Shown: positions 36,525-46,267 of the stretch, piece after piece
Layout of the letters: every line of letters begins with the position of its first letter
How positions within the stretch are numbered: position 1 is the stretch's first letter
Assembly (NCBI GenBank): GCA_037189845.1
Contig: JBBCIS010000003.1
Span: forward strand, 385,477 to 449,476
Source: a bacterium
Lineage (GTDB): Bacteria; Bacteroidota; Bacteroidia; Chitinophagales; JADIYW01
Reading direction: 5' to 3'
Length of the DNA stretch: 64,000 nucleotides
Position numbers and translations under genes: made by a program
The notes under the pieces: model-generated
The model's database searches: none
What the model was told of the DNA's origin: nothing
Seen by the model: the letters and a program-made list of their open reading frames with translations, nothing else

Positions 36525-36740
36525 CACGGCATTCGCATTTAACTTTTTAGAGAATAGTAGAAAAATAATCATTTAAAATTTAGCTACGAATTCACTTATT
36601 AGAGGATAAATATTCCTGTTCTTTTCATGAAACGAGTGGCATCATGATAATATAATGATATCAAAAGCTTCTTTTCCCTGTTGAAAAATTCAATTCGTGT
36701 ATTAGTGGCAAACAATCTGCTTTTAATTGCGAGCGCCGTG
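36525..36740 (+). repeat. MITE-like intergenic repeat, copy B (216 bp), imperfect TIR CACGGCATTCGCATTT / AATTGCGAGCGCCGTG
   Basis: Shares both end blocks with copy A and carries an extra internal ~70-bp segment. Confidence 0.7.
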
Positions 36741-36842
36741 CCGACAAATATTGTTTGCTGGTTGAATTCAGCGTTCATCGTTTTAAACTATTGTAAAAAT
36801 TTAAGATTTTATACATATTTTCATGCATACAAAGATATAGCT

Positions 36843-39503
36843 ATGAAAAAAATCTTTACGGGACTATTACTACTTACATTTCTGACTGGTGCAAAAGCAC
36901 AGTATGTAGAATTAGATAATTATTTCATCAGAAAAGCACTGATAAAACTTGCTCCGGAATGTTTTGATACGCAAGAAAGATTAGATACTACCTGTACAAA
37001 ACTACAAGAAATCAAAGATTTTTATGCGACAGACTACGAGTTAGTGGATGCCAGTGGAAATGTAAATGAAGACTTGTATAATGAGATATACGGAGAAGGA
37101 GACCCTTGGAGTATGATTTTTTCTGTAAATGGACTTCAATATCTAACCAATCTGGAAGGACTTGACTTAGCATTTGGAAACACAGGAGTGTCAGCTGAAA
37201 GAAGGCATTTACCGAATAAAATTACAAGTATCTATGCCGCAGGCGTAGCATATTTTATAGATAATTACAATGGATTTAGCATTGAAATTCCTGAATCCGT
37301 TAAACACCTAAGTTTAGTTGGATATGGATATCAAAATGGAGGGCCAGTTGGATGCAGTCTTCCCGTTGGATCTCAATTAGAAAGCATATCCATCAGGGGT
37401 ACTAATAACGTCAGTGGTATAATGAATACTCAGGTAAAAAAAATAATCGATGATGGTGCCAATATTTTTTCTGTCCCTAGTGGTCTTTTTAGACAAATCC
37501 CAAATACTGTCGAAGAAATTCATTTCTATGATTTGAACAATAATTTTAGTACTATATCTTTTGACTCTGAATTGCCCTCATCTTTACCTTCAATCAAAAA
37601 AATAAGTTTTAATGACGTTGAATTTGAAGAAAACATTTCACTCCTTTCTATTTCTAACTACAATACACTTGAAGAAATCTCATTTATATCTACTAGTAAT
37701 TGTCCTGCTTTAATTTACCCTCAAAGCTTAAAGAAAATAACCTATGACGGGTGTTTTATTTCGAGCGGAGGCACTGAATGTATACCCCCTCATATAAATT
37801 TAGAATTCCTCGAAGGTCTTGAGTCTCTTCATATTTCTAATTTCCCTGATTTAGAGTTCATTGAACCTGCCTATCCTCAGACCTTACAAAATCTAACACT
37901 GTCCAATATCAATATATCAGTTCTTACCGATATCCCTTCCACACTCAAAACCTTAGATATCTCTTCTAATAAATTAGAAATAATAGAAAGCATTCCTGCC
38001 CAATTAGAATCTCTCAATGTTTCTGGGAATGTCAGCTTGAAATGTCTTCCAACATTGCCCGCTTCATTAAACTCTCTATATGTTGTCGGCTCAAAGATTA
38101 CCTGTATACCTAACGAGACGAATAAGATCAAAGCAACAGCAGCTTTGCCACTTTGCCCTGGACCCTGCGGAGAGATTCCTGATTTACTTTCGGGAATAGT
38201 ATTCTTAGATCTTAACAAAAATGGAAGACTTGATGGTTCTGACAGGAAAATACAAGGTGCATTTATACATGCTGATGATAAAATTCTGACAACAAATTTT
38301 AATGGGGAATACAGATTTTATGCAAATCCTGATGAAGCAAGTAAAATTTCTGTCACGTATAAACACCCGCATTTAGATAAAATTTTACCCGCTGAACGTA
38401 TCTATTCGAATTCAGGAAATAACGATAAAATTGACACTATGCACTTTGCTATACAGCTGCGTGATGTCAAAGATGTAGAGGTAATTATTACACCTTTTGT
38501 TGCAAGGAATGGTTTCACACCTACCGCAAGGATAACCGTTACCAACAGGGGAACTCTTCCTGTAAATAATTTTAATCTTTCACTGCATGCTCCTTTACAT
38601 TGGACTTTTGTCAGCTCATCACCAGTAGCTCAAAACACTACAGACAGCATTCTTTGGAGCAATATTTCTCTCGCTGTTAATACCAGCAGAACCTTTCAGG
38701 TAAATCTGACAGTACCTGCAACTGATACTATTGGAACTCCTTTTGCGCTGACAGCTAAAGTACATAATGTAACTGAAGATGAAACACCTCAGAATAACAC
38801 TTCCCTTTACTCATCTGCCATCCGTGGTTCGTTTGACCCGAATGACAAATTAGTCTATCCTGAAACATTGCCACCGGGATATGCAGAAGGTACCGAGCTG
38901 ATATATACCGTCAGATTTCAGAATACAGGAAATGACACAGCTTTTACAGTAGTAGTCAAAGATACTATTCAGGCAAATCTCGACCCGCTGAGTTTCAGAT
39001 TTATCTCCGGCACTCATCCTCTGGTATGGTCGCTCAATGAGCAAGGAGTGATTACTTTAACTTTTGAAAATATTCTTTTACCTGACAGCAATGTCAATGA
39101 ACCGGCTTCCAATGGTCAGGTGACTTTTGCTATTCAGCCAAAAGCCGGATTGGGCTCAGGTGTATCGGTAGAAAATAAAGCGGCTATCTATTTCGATTTC
39201 AATGCGCCTATCATTACGAATACGGCAGTCTCCAGAGTCGGGGTAATTACTTCTGTAAACAAAAGAAATTCTATCAGCTTAGCTGTATATCCTAATCCTG
39301 CTAAAGATATCGTCCATCTGCAATGGTCAGAAGGAGGAAAAACAAATATATCTGTTGCTGATATTTCCGGGAAGGTGATACATCAGTCTGTTATCAGCGG
39401 CAACTATACTGAGATTCCTGTGCAAAATCTAAGCAAAGGAATGTATCTTATTCAGATTCAAAATGAGCAGGGAATCGGTGTTTTGAAAGTGATTATTCAA
39501 TAA
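36843..39503 (+). CDS. secreted leucine-rich-repeat / conserved-repeat (DUF11-like) protein with T9SS C-terminal sorting domain
   Basis: Start set at MKKIFTGLLLLTFLTGAKAQ (signal peptide); the ORF-track extension from 36681 overlaps repeat copy B. LRR-like LxxLxLSxN repeats; GSFDPNDK motif; C-terminal LAVYPNPAKDIVHLQW...GMYLIQIQNEQGIGVLKVIIQ T9SS CTD. Confidence 0.7.
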   Translation: MKKIFTGLLLLTFLTGAKAQYVELDNYFIRKALIKLAPECFDTQERLDTTCTKLQEIKDFYATDYELVDASGNVNEDLYNEIYGEGDPWSMIFSVNGLQYLTNLEGLDLAFGNTGVSAERRHLPNKITSIYAAGVAYFIDNYNGFSIEIPESVKHLSLVGYGYQNGGPVGCSLPVGSQLESISIRGTNNVSGIMNTQVKKIIDDGANIFSVPSGLFRQIPNTVEEIHFYDLNNNFSTISFDSELPSSLPSIKKISFNDVEFEENISLLSISNYNTLEEISFISTSNCPALIYPQSLKKITYDGCFISSGGTECIPPHINLEFLEGLESLHISNFPDLEFIEPAYPQTLQNLTLSNINISVLTDIPSTLKTLDISSNKLEIIESIPAQLESLNVSGNVSLKCLPTLPASLNSLYVVGSKITCIPNETNKIKATAALPLCPGPCGEIPDLLSGIVFLDLNKNGRLDGSDRKIQGAFIHADDKILTTNFNGEYRFYANPDEASKISVTYKHPHLDKILPAERIYSNSGNNDKIDTMHFAIQLRDVKDVEVIITPFVARNGFTPTARITVTNRGTLPVNNFNLSLHAPLHWTFVSSSPVAQNTTDSILWSNISLAVNTSRTFQVNLTVPATDTIGTPFALTAKVHNVTEDETPQNNTSLYSSAIRGSFDPNDKLVYPETLPPGYAEGTELIYTVRFQNTGNDTAFTVVVKDTIQANLDPLSFRFISGTHPLVWSLNEQGVITLTFENILLPDSNVNEPASNGQVTFAIQPKAGLGSGVSVENKAAIYFDFNAPIITNTAVSRVGVITSVNKRNSISLAVYPNPAKDIVHLQWSEGGKTNISVADISGKVIHQSVISGNYTEIPVQNLSKGMYLIQIQNEQGIGVLKVIIQ

Positions 39504-39523
39504 TATCTGATTTCTACCAATAC

Positions 39524-39560
39524 AAACCAATGGGTTGTCACAGACTCATTGGTTTTTTAT
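39524..39560 (+). terminator. intrinsic terminator
   Basis: AAACCAATG-N14-CATTGGTTT followed by TTTT. Confidence 0.6.
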
Positions 39561-39635
39561 TTAGTGCATTGCTACAGCTAATTCGGGTAACAATATTTCA
39601 CACATCATTTAATGTCAATCGTTTATATTTGATAC

Positions 39636-40232
39636 ATGAGTGATTTTTTAGAAAATTTCAGACAGGAAAAGAAAACGATTGATATCGTCAAAGCGAATGT
39701 TTATGGTTTATTTCTGATTATTCCCTGGGCAATTGCTTTTGCTGTTCCTTATTTCTTTATATGGAGAGAACAATTCTCTATGGATTATATAAAAAATTCA
39801 TTTTCGGCTTTGGGGGTCTGGGGTTCTATCGGGATCTCAACAATGATTTTATTAGTGATGATTGTTGGAATTGTTATTCATGAGCTGATTCACGGTGCAT
39901 TTTTTGGTTATTACGCACGAGGGGGTTACAAGACTATCAAATTTGGAATCATATGGAAATATCTTACACCGTACTGCCACTGTAATGAACCGTTAAAAGT
40001 CAAACATTACTTATTGGGAGCTGCTGCACCTGGCATTATTCTGGGAATCTTACCTTCTATTGCAGCACTTTTCATGGGAAATATCCTGATGCTGGCATTC
40101 GGAGGATTTTTTACGATTGCAGCTATTGGCGATCTGATGATTATACAACTGATCTGGAATGAGGACAGAAATGCTTATGTGCAGGATCATCCAAGTGAGG
40201 CGGGTTGTTATATTTACAGACCAGTAGAGTAA
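39636..40232 (+). CDS. DUF3267-like membrane protein, putative zincin metallopeptidase
   Basis: Four TM segments with HELIHG (HExxH) in a TM-proximal position; 198 aa. Confidence 0.6.
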   Translation: MSDFLENFRQEKKTIDIVKANVYGLFLIIPWAIAFAVPYFFIWREQFSMDYIKNSFSALGVWGSIGISTMILLVMIVGIVIHELIHGAFFGYYARGGYKTIKFGIIWKYLTPYCHCNEPLKVKHYLLGAAAPGIILGILPSIAALFMGNILMLAFGGFFTIAAIGDLMIIQLIWNEDRNAYVQDHPSEAGCYIYRPVE

Positions 40233-40343
40233 ATGGGTATCTTGTATTGAGTATTGAGACGGCTGACGCAACATAGTTGTTTACGGTAAATAGCTCGCTC
40301 TGCGTTAAATCCTTTGTTTCCAAAGGAACAAAAACTACCTGTA

Positions 40344-41711
40344 TTAAATAGATTTCAGGAAATACAATAGTTGCTCTCTTTCTTTTTTAGTCAGTCTGGT
40401 ATAATTCATCTTGATATTTTCGGCTTCGCCGCCATGCCATAAGATGGCTTCCTCTAAAGTTTTTGCTCTTCCATCATGCAAGAACCTTGCATTGGGATTG
40501 ACAATTTGAGCCAACCCGATTCCCCACAACGGCGGTGTACGCCATTCCATCCCGGTCGCCTTGAAATCCGGTCTGTTATCTGCCAGGCCTTCTCCCATGT
40601 CATGCAGCAATAAATCTGTATAAGGAAAAATTTTCTGATCGCTCAAAGCTGCTATAGGATGAGCTCCTGTGGTATATGACGGTTTGTGGCAACTTGCACA
40701 GCCAATTTTAGTAAATAGATTTTTTCCGGATAAATAATCAGCTTGTGTTGTATTTCTGGCTGCAGGTACAGCTATTGTCTGAAAATAAAATGCCATCATG
40801 TTGACAATTGTATCATGAATATCCAAATCAGCTTGTAAGCCAATATTACAATTTCCCTGTCCGTTGCATTGTTCTTCTCTGAAAAAAGAATTTGTCAGTC
40901 CCATATCCTGAAAAGCAGCATCTGCAGCTTGTTGGTGTGCAGTAGGATTATTGGCTTTCCATCCAAAACGTCCCAGTACGCTCCGTCCTTTGATAATATC
41001 CCAAACCAGATTTGCCTTGCCACTGATGCCATTTCCATCCGCATCAGAAATATCTTCCTGTGATAATATATCGCTTTCACTGATGGCTTCAAGAAGTCCC
41101 AAACCAAAGATGGCCGGAGCCTGTCTGGCGGATGTCAGTACCGGTACGGAAAGCGGTAAATAGGTATTAGCAATGGTATAGGTAGGTTTTGTTAAAGCAA
41201 CTATTGCTCCATCCAGAAACTTTATAATTTCCTGCACTTCATTATATGCCAGCTGTCCCTCCGGTATACCGCTATAGAGTGCTTTTGTTTGAAGCTGAGT
41301 GCCAAAATCCGGTACTGCCAAGGGACCTCCAAAACTATTCTCTCCATCTATGCTCAACCGAAGGAGTAATCCTGTGGAATTGTCTCCCAAAGCAGTCGGA
41401 ACAGAACCGCGTCCGTTTCTGGTATGACAGGAAACACAGCTATTTTGATTAAATAATGGCCCCAGACCACCAAATTTGGTAGCCGGAGCCGTTACAAATT
41501 GTTGGGAAAATAATTTATCTGCTATCAGATGTTCTGCGACACCTTTTGCATCCAGATTCGCCAAAGGATAGCTGTAAGCATCTGCGCCGGTGGAGAAGAT
41601 CGTGGTTTTTCCTCCCGAAAGACGTTCGTCGTCAGTTACAGGAGCGGGGCCGTCCTTTTTACATGAGTATAAACTCAATGCAATAAATCCAGCCAATAAC
41701 CAACTTCTCAT
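40344..41711 (-). CDS. di-haem cytochrome c peroxidase-like oxidoreductase (DUF1111 family)
   Basis: Two CxxCH haem motifs (CVSCH, CASCH); lipoprotein-type signal; typical partner of imelysin. Confidence 0.8.
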   Translation of the reverse strand: MRSWLLAGFIALSLYSCKKDGPAPVTDDERLSGGKTTIFSTGADAYSYPLANLDAKGVAEHLIADKLFSQQFVTAPATKFGGLGPLFNQNSCVSCHTRNGRGSVPTALGDNSTGLLLRLSIDGENSFGGPLAVPDFGTQLQTKALYSGIPEGQLAYNEVQEIIKFLDGAIVALTKPTYTIANTYLPLSVPVLTSARQAPAIFGLGLLEAISESDILSQEDISDADGNGISGKANLVWDIIKGRSVLGRFGWKANNPTAHQQAADAAFQDMGLTNSFFREEQCNGQGNCNIGLQADLDIHDTIVNMMAFYFQTIAVPAARNTTQADYLSGKNLFTKIGCASCHKPSYTTGAHPIAALSDQKIFPYTDLLLHDMGEGLADNRPDFKATGMEWRTPPLWGIGLAQIVNPNARFLHDGRAKTLEEAILWHGGEAENIKMNYTRLTKKEREQLLYFLKSI

Positions 41712-41736
41712 TCTCCTGTATTATCTCCTATAAAAA

Positions 41737-42789
41737 TTATAGATTGGATACTAATGGAACTAATTCGCTTTCTAAGGTTTCCTGAAGATCACGTACAGCA
41801 GCCTGAGCTGCAGCAATGGAAGGTCTGGAAGATGTAATCGCTTGTGTAAAAGTTCCATCAATCGCTAAAATGGCGTTGATAGCTGCATCAATCTGAGCTC
41901 TGATTTTTGTATCCAAAGCTTCATTTTTAGCTTTTACGATTGTTGTCAGAGAAATTCCATTTCCGGTTGTACCATAAGTTCCGGTATAGATATTTTTTAC
42001 ACTTCTGATATTATCTGAAAAGTCAGATTTTGAGTTGGCACTGAATCTTGATTCTTCCAGAGTCACATCTGATGCAGCGAACGGATCATTGATTTTACCA
42101 TTACCCACTTCATCTGCTATAACTACCAATGCATTTGCTACTTCTTCCAGAGCCGCTTTTTCGCTAACATATAAAATACTTCCAACCCCGGCTTTTGTCA
42201 GATTAGCAATAAAATTACCACTCGATGGACTCCATAAATCATATAACTTTTTAGTATCTCCTGCCAAAGCTCCGGCACAAGCAGTCAGGTATTCAAATTG
42301 TCTTACAGAAAGCTGATCAACTGTTTTATCTCCATTCTCACCCCAAAGCAAAAATTCTATTGTGTGGAATCCTTTTAATGTTCCTTCCTGACTATTGAGA
42401 TAAGTCACAGTCAATGCGTCAGAGCTCGCTAAAACAGCATTCAGATCGACCACATTCACCGGCCATGAATCTATAGACGGATCTATTCCTTCCTGATCAA
42501 CCGGACCAAATAAAAATCCCTCTGCCTGTTCCCAGAATACACGCATGTCTACCCATGCTTTACGGGCAGCAGTAAGATTTGCTGCAGATGGGTCGCTTTG
42601 TAATTTTTGTATTGCTGTTTGCAAAACAACTCCTGCATCCGCAAGATTTTTGTAAGTAGGAATAATAACATTGCTGCCGATGTTATTCAGCTCGTCTTTG
42701 TAATCTGCTGATTCAATGACTTCTTCTTTATCGCAGGCAGTCAAAAATAAGCCTGCTGACAAAAACATTAGATAAAATGATTTTTTCAT
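41737..42789 (-). CDS. imelysin-family (peptidase M75 / EfeO-like) lipoprotein
   Basis: Lipobox LFLTAC; conserved GFHTIEFLLWG (HxxE) imelysin motif. Confidence 0.8.
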   Translation of the reverse strand: MKKSFYLMFLSAGLFLTACDKEEVIESADYKDELNNIGSNVIIPTYKNLADAGVVLQTAIQKLQSDPSAANLTAARKAWVDMRVFWEQAEGFLFGPVDQEGIDPSIDSWPVNVVDLNAVLASSDALTVTYLNSQEGTLKGFHTIEFLLWGENGDKTVDQLSVRQFEYLTACAGALAGDTKKLYDLWSPSSGNFIANLTKAGVGSILYVSEKAALEEVANALVVIADEVGNGKINDPFAASDVTLEESRFSANSKSDFSDNIRSVKNIYTGTYGTTGNGISLTTIVKAKNEALDTKIRAQIDAAINAILAIDGTFTQAITSSRPSIAAAQAAVRDLQETLESELVPLVSNL

Positions 42790-42816
42790 TTTGATAGTGA
42801 TTAAAAATGATGAATA

Positions 42817-44073
42817 TTAAAAACTAAAACCTACACCCATGGCGAAAGTCTTTTCCTTTTGTTCTGTACCAAGTATCCTCCATGCATAGCTTGCCTTGAG
42901 GACGATCTGTTTGATAGGCAAATAATTTAATCCGACTGTATATACCTGGCGTTCGTATCTCGGATTATTAAAAATATTTCCCTGTGTTTTCAACATAGAG
43001 TCGTACCATTCCAACCTTGTAAACGGGTATAGCTCCTGTTTGATGTCTTTTTTTACAAATGACAACACGTCATATCCTGCTTCCACATACGCTCCGGCTG
43101 CCATCTTGCCGACAGGCGTACGTTTTACATCCAGATTATTGGAAAGATTTCTATTGGCATTACTAAGCGCTTCACTGTTCTGAATATGTCCGAACATAGC
43201 TAAAGCCGATACTCTCCACGGATGTTTGGAATAAGTAAAGTGCACATCTCCATAAATCAGCCAGGATTTCTGCTTAAAATCATTTTTAGGTCTGTTGGGA
43301 GAAGGATTATTGGCATACACATTGAATCCTACCTCACTACCTTTCCCAAACACATAATCCAACCGACCGGCATAAGCAAAACTGTTGGCGTTGATGGTTT
43401 CAAAACGAGTCTGATATCCCCGCTTTATCCAGTTCAGTGAGCTGAAACCTGTATTATCCAATCCACTCATCACATATACTTTGTATGACAGCTTAGGATA
43501 TTCTTCTTGTTTTCTCAATTCAAAATCTCCACTCAGCTCCACACCGGTTTCATACCAGCCCAGCGGCAGGATTGTATTTTCGAGCTCCGATCTGTAAGGG
43601 GTAAAATATTGTACAGGTCTGTCCTGTTTGGAAGCGTTGCCCAAATACACTCTCATTTTTCCCAGCCGGATATTGATGGCCTTATTGACTTTGAATAAGA
43701 TATTGATCTGTTCCAGCGTAACAGCTCCGCCATGCTCGATTTCTTCTTCAAATTCTCCAAACTCTTCCAACGGGTCAAAAGACATTGCTGCTCCGGTGCC
43801 ACCATGCTCAAACTCAATTTCTGCTTTAAATTCTATCTTGTCATTAAAGTTGTATTTCAGATACATATTCAAACGCTCAGGGTCTATAGCGTTTCTTTTG
43901 TCCGGCAATGTTTCCCATTTGTAATTGTAATAATTGACGACACCATAGCCGCTTAAAGTAAATTTTTCTAACCAGGCTGGCTTATTTCTTTTTGAGGATG
44001 TACTATCTTCTTCTGCTGATAATTGGGCGGTCATTAACCCAAAAACTATCAGCAACCATATTTTTTTCGACAT
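42817..44073 (-). CDS. predicted outer-membrane beta-barrel protein (porin-like), imelysin-cluster associated
   Basis: Signal peptide; C-terminal ...AMGVGFSF with terminal Phe; alternating strand pattern. Confidence 0.5.
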   Translation of the reverse strand: MSKKIWLLIVFGLMTAQLSAEEDSTSSKRNKPAWLEKFTLSGYGVVNYYNYKWETLPDKRNAIDPERLNMYLKYNFNDKIEFKAEIEFEHGGTGAAMSFDPLEEFGEFEEEIEHGGAVTLEQINILFKVNKAINIRLGKMRVYLGNASKQDRPVQYFTPYRSELENTILPLGWYETGVELSGDFELRKQEEYPKLSYKVYVMSGLDNTGFSSLNWIKRGYQTRFETINANSFAYAGRLDYVFGKGSEVGFNVYANNPSPNRPKNDFKQKSWLIYGDVHFTYSKHPWRVSALAMFGHIQNSEALSNANRNLSNNLDVKRTPVGKMAAGAYVEAGYDVLSFVKKDIKQELYPFTRLEWYDSMLKTQGNIFNNPRYERQVYTVGLNYLPIKQIVLKASYAWRILGTEQKEKTFAMGVGFSF

Positions 44074-44485
44074 AGGAAAATATGCGGTTCTTATTTTTAT
44101 TCAATATAAATAACGAAGCGAATTTAACGACATTATTGAAAGTAAATCTGTGACTTTTGACATAGTAATTCCGAATCAGATATTTTAACAGAAAATTACA
44201 AATTTACACCACAACACACTATTTTTCAGATATTTACATCATACTAAAATTTAGGTATTCAAATGTATTCAATTAGGTATTTTACACTAATAAAAAGATG
44301 CAATCTGAGCAAAAACAAACTGTAAAAACTGAGGAACAGGATAGACAATTCAACAAAGTCAAATTATAAAATAAATTCATTTCATTGAATATTCAAAGAG
44401 TTATAAAATACAATCAATCCGGGCAACTCTCCTGGAAATCATTTTGTACACTCATAAAATAATGAGAATTACTAACTTCACTTTT

Positions 44486-46126
44486 ATGAAAATAGCGATA
44501 GCGCAGCAGAATTATATTGCAGGAGATTTTGAAGGGAATTATCAGAAAATTGTTCAGGCTGTAGATACGGCTTTCGCACAGGGTGCTGATATCTTATTAC
44601 TGGCTGAACTGACTGTATGCGGCTATCCGGCCAGAGATTTTCTGGATTACAGAGATTTTACCCATCGGTCATTACAGGTCGTTCAAAGGGTAGCAGACTA
44701 CGCCAAAAATAAACTGGCGGTAGTGATTGGAACTCCTACTTTCAATCCGGTATTGGACGGAAAGGATTTGTATAATTCTGCGTGCTTTCTGGTGGATGGC
44801 AACATTGAATTTACTGCCAATAAAGCTCTGCTTCCTACTTATGATATCTTTGACGAGTACAGATATTTTGAGCCTGCAAAAGAATTCAATGTTCTCGAAT
44901 ACAAAGGATATAAAATAGCGCTGACTGTCTGTGAAGATATCTGGAATATCAAGAATGAAAATCCTTTGTACCCAATGAGCCCGATGGATGAGCTGGTCAG
45001 ACAATCACCTGACCTGATGCTGAATCTTTCTGCTTCTCCGTTTGCCAGAGGTCATGCCCGTAACAGAAAAGAGATTGTAAAAGCAAATGCCATCCAGTAC
45101 AATGTTCCTGTTTTTTATTGCAATCAATATGGTGCACAGACAGATATCATCTTTGACGGAGGTTCTATCGTGTGCAGTCCGTATGGAAAAATTTATGAGG
45201 AGCTGTCGTATTTTGAAGAATCGGTCATGACATTTGATCTCGAATCTGTCAAAAATTATCAGGGTGCAGATCAGGAACAACAAGAGGAAGATATCACACT
45301 AGTACATGACGCTTTGGTTTTGGGTATCCGGGATTATTTTGCCAAATCAGGTTTCAAAAAAGCTATCGCCGGACTTTCAGGGGGTGTAGATTCTGCTTTA
45401 GTAGTAGCGCTGGCTGCAAAAGCTTTAGGCCCTGAAAATATCTTTTCTGTATTGATGCCGTCTCAGTATTCCAGTGATCACTCCATTAATGATTCACTAA
45501 AATTGGTAGAAAATCTGGGGTCTCCTCATGCTATCATGCCTATCAAAGATGTTTTTGATGCTTTTGAACAAACACTTGTGCCGCATTTTGAAGGACTTCC
45601 ACCAAATGTCACAGAAGAAAATCTTCAGTCCAGAATCAGAGCTGTTTATCTGATGGCTTTTTCCAACAAATTCGGCTATATCCTGCTCAATACTTCCAAC
45701 AAAAGTGAAGCGGCTGTAGGTTACGGAACTTTGTACGGTGATATGTGCGGTGCCATAGGTGTGATAGGCGATTTGTATAAAACCCAGGTGTACGAATTGT
45801 GCCGCTATATCAACAGAGACGGGGAAATTATTCCTGAAAATATTCTGACAAAAGCTCCCTCAGCAGAATTGAGACCGGATCAGAAGGACAGTGACTCTTT
45901 GCCGGATTATGATATTCTGGATAAAATTTTATACCAATACATAGAAAGATGTCAAAGTCCTCAGGAAATCGCCGCTCAGGGATTTGACACGGCTTTGGTA
46001 CAAAGAGTTTTAAAACTTGTCAATAATGCAGAGTTTAAAAGATTTCAGACTCCGCCTTATCTGAGAGTTTCTCCAAGAGCTTTTGGTGTAGGAAGAAGAT
46101 TACCTATCGTTGCGAGATACCTTTGA
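44486..46126 (+). CDS. nadE: glutamine-dependent NAD+ synthetase
   Basis: N-terminal CN-hydrolase domain (MKIAIAQQNY..., catalytic Cys in TVCED) plus C-terminal NAD synthetase SGGVDSALV PP-loop. Start set at the internal MKIAIAQ rather than the ORF-track start at 44444. Confidence 0.9.
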   Translation: MKIAIAQQNYIAGDFEGNYQKIVQAVDTAFAQGADILLLAELTVCGYPARDFLDYRDFTHRSLQVVQRVADYAKNKLAVVIGTPTFNPVLDGKDLYNSACFLVDGNIEFTANKALLPTYDIFDEYRYFEPAKEFNVLEYKGYKIALTVCEDIWNIKNENPLYPMSPMDELVRQSPDLMLNLSASPFARGHARNRKEIVKANAIQYNVPVFYCNQYGAQTDIIFDGGSIVCSPYGKIYEELSYFEESVMTFDLESVKNYQGADQEQQEEDITLVHDALVLGIRDYFAKSGFKKAIAGLSGGVDSALVVALAAKALGPENIFSVLMPSQYSSDHSINDSLKLVENLGSPHAIMPIKDVFDAFEQTLVPHFEGLPPNVTEENLQSRIRAVYLMAFSNKFGYILLNTSNKSEAAVGYGTLYGDMCGAIGVIGDLYKTQVYELCRYINRDGEIIPENILTKAPSAELRPDQKDSDSLPDYDILDKILYQYIERCQSPQEIAAQGFDTALVQRVLKLVNNAEFKRFQTPPYLRVSPRAFGVGRRLPIVARYL

Positions 46127-46267
46127 GTAAAGACTGCAGACCTAAGACTACTAACTCCAATGTAAAACACAACTAACGAAGTATAAGTGCGAATTTGCAG
46201 ACGCCTACCGATAGTAAATTCACCGTCAAAAACGTTAGTCTGTGGTCAGAAGCTCAACTACCCCCTT

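Noticed and set aside
36681-36842. N-terminal extension of the LRR/T9SS protein ORF
   Set aside because: It overlaps repeat copy B. A clean signal peptide begins at the internal Met (36843).
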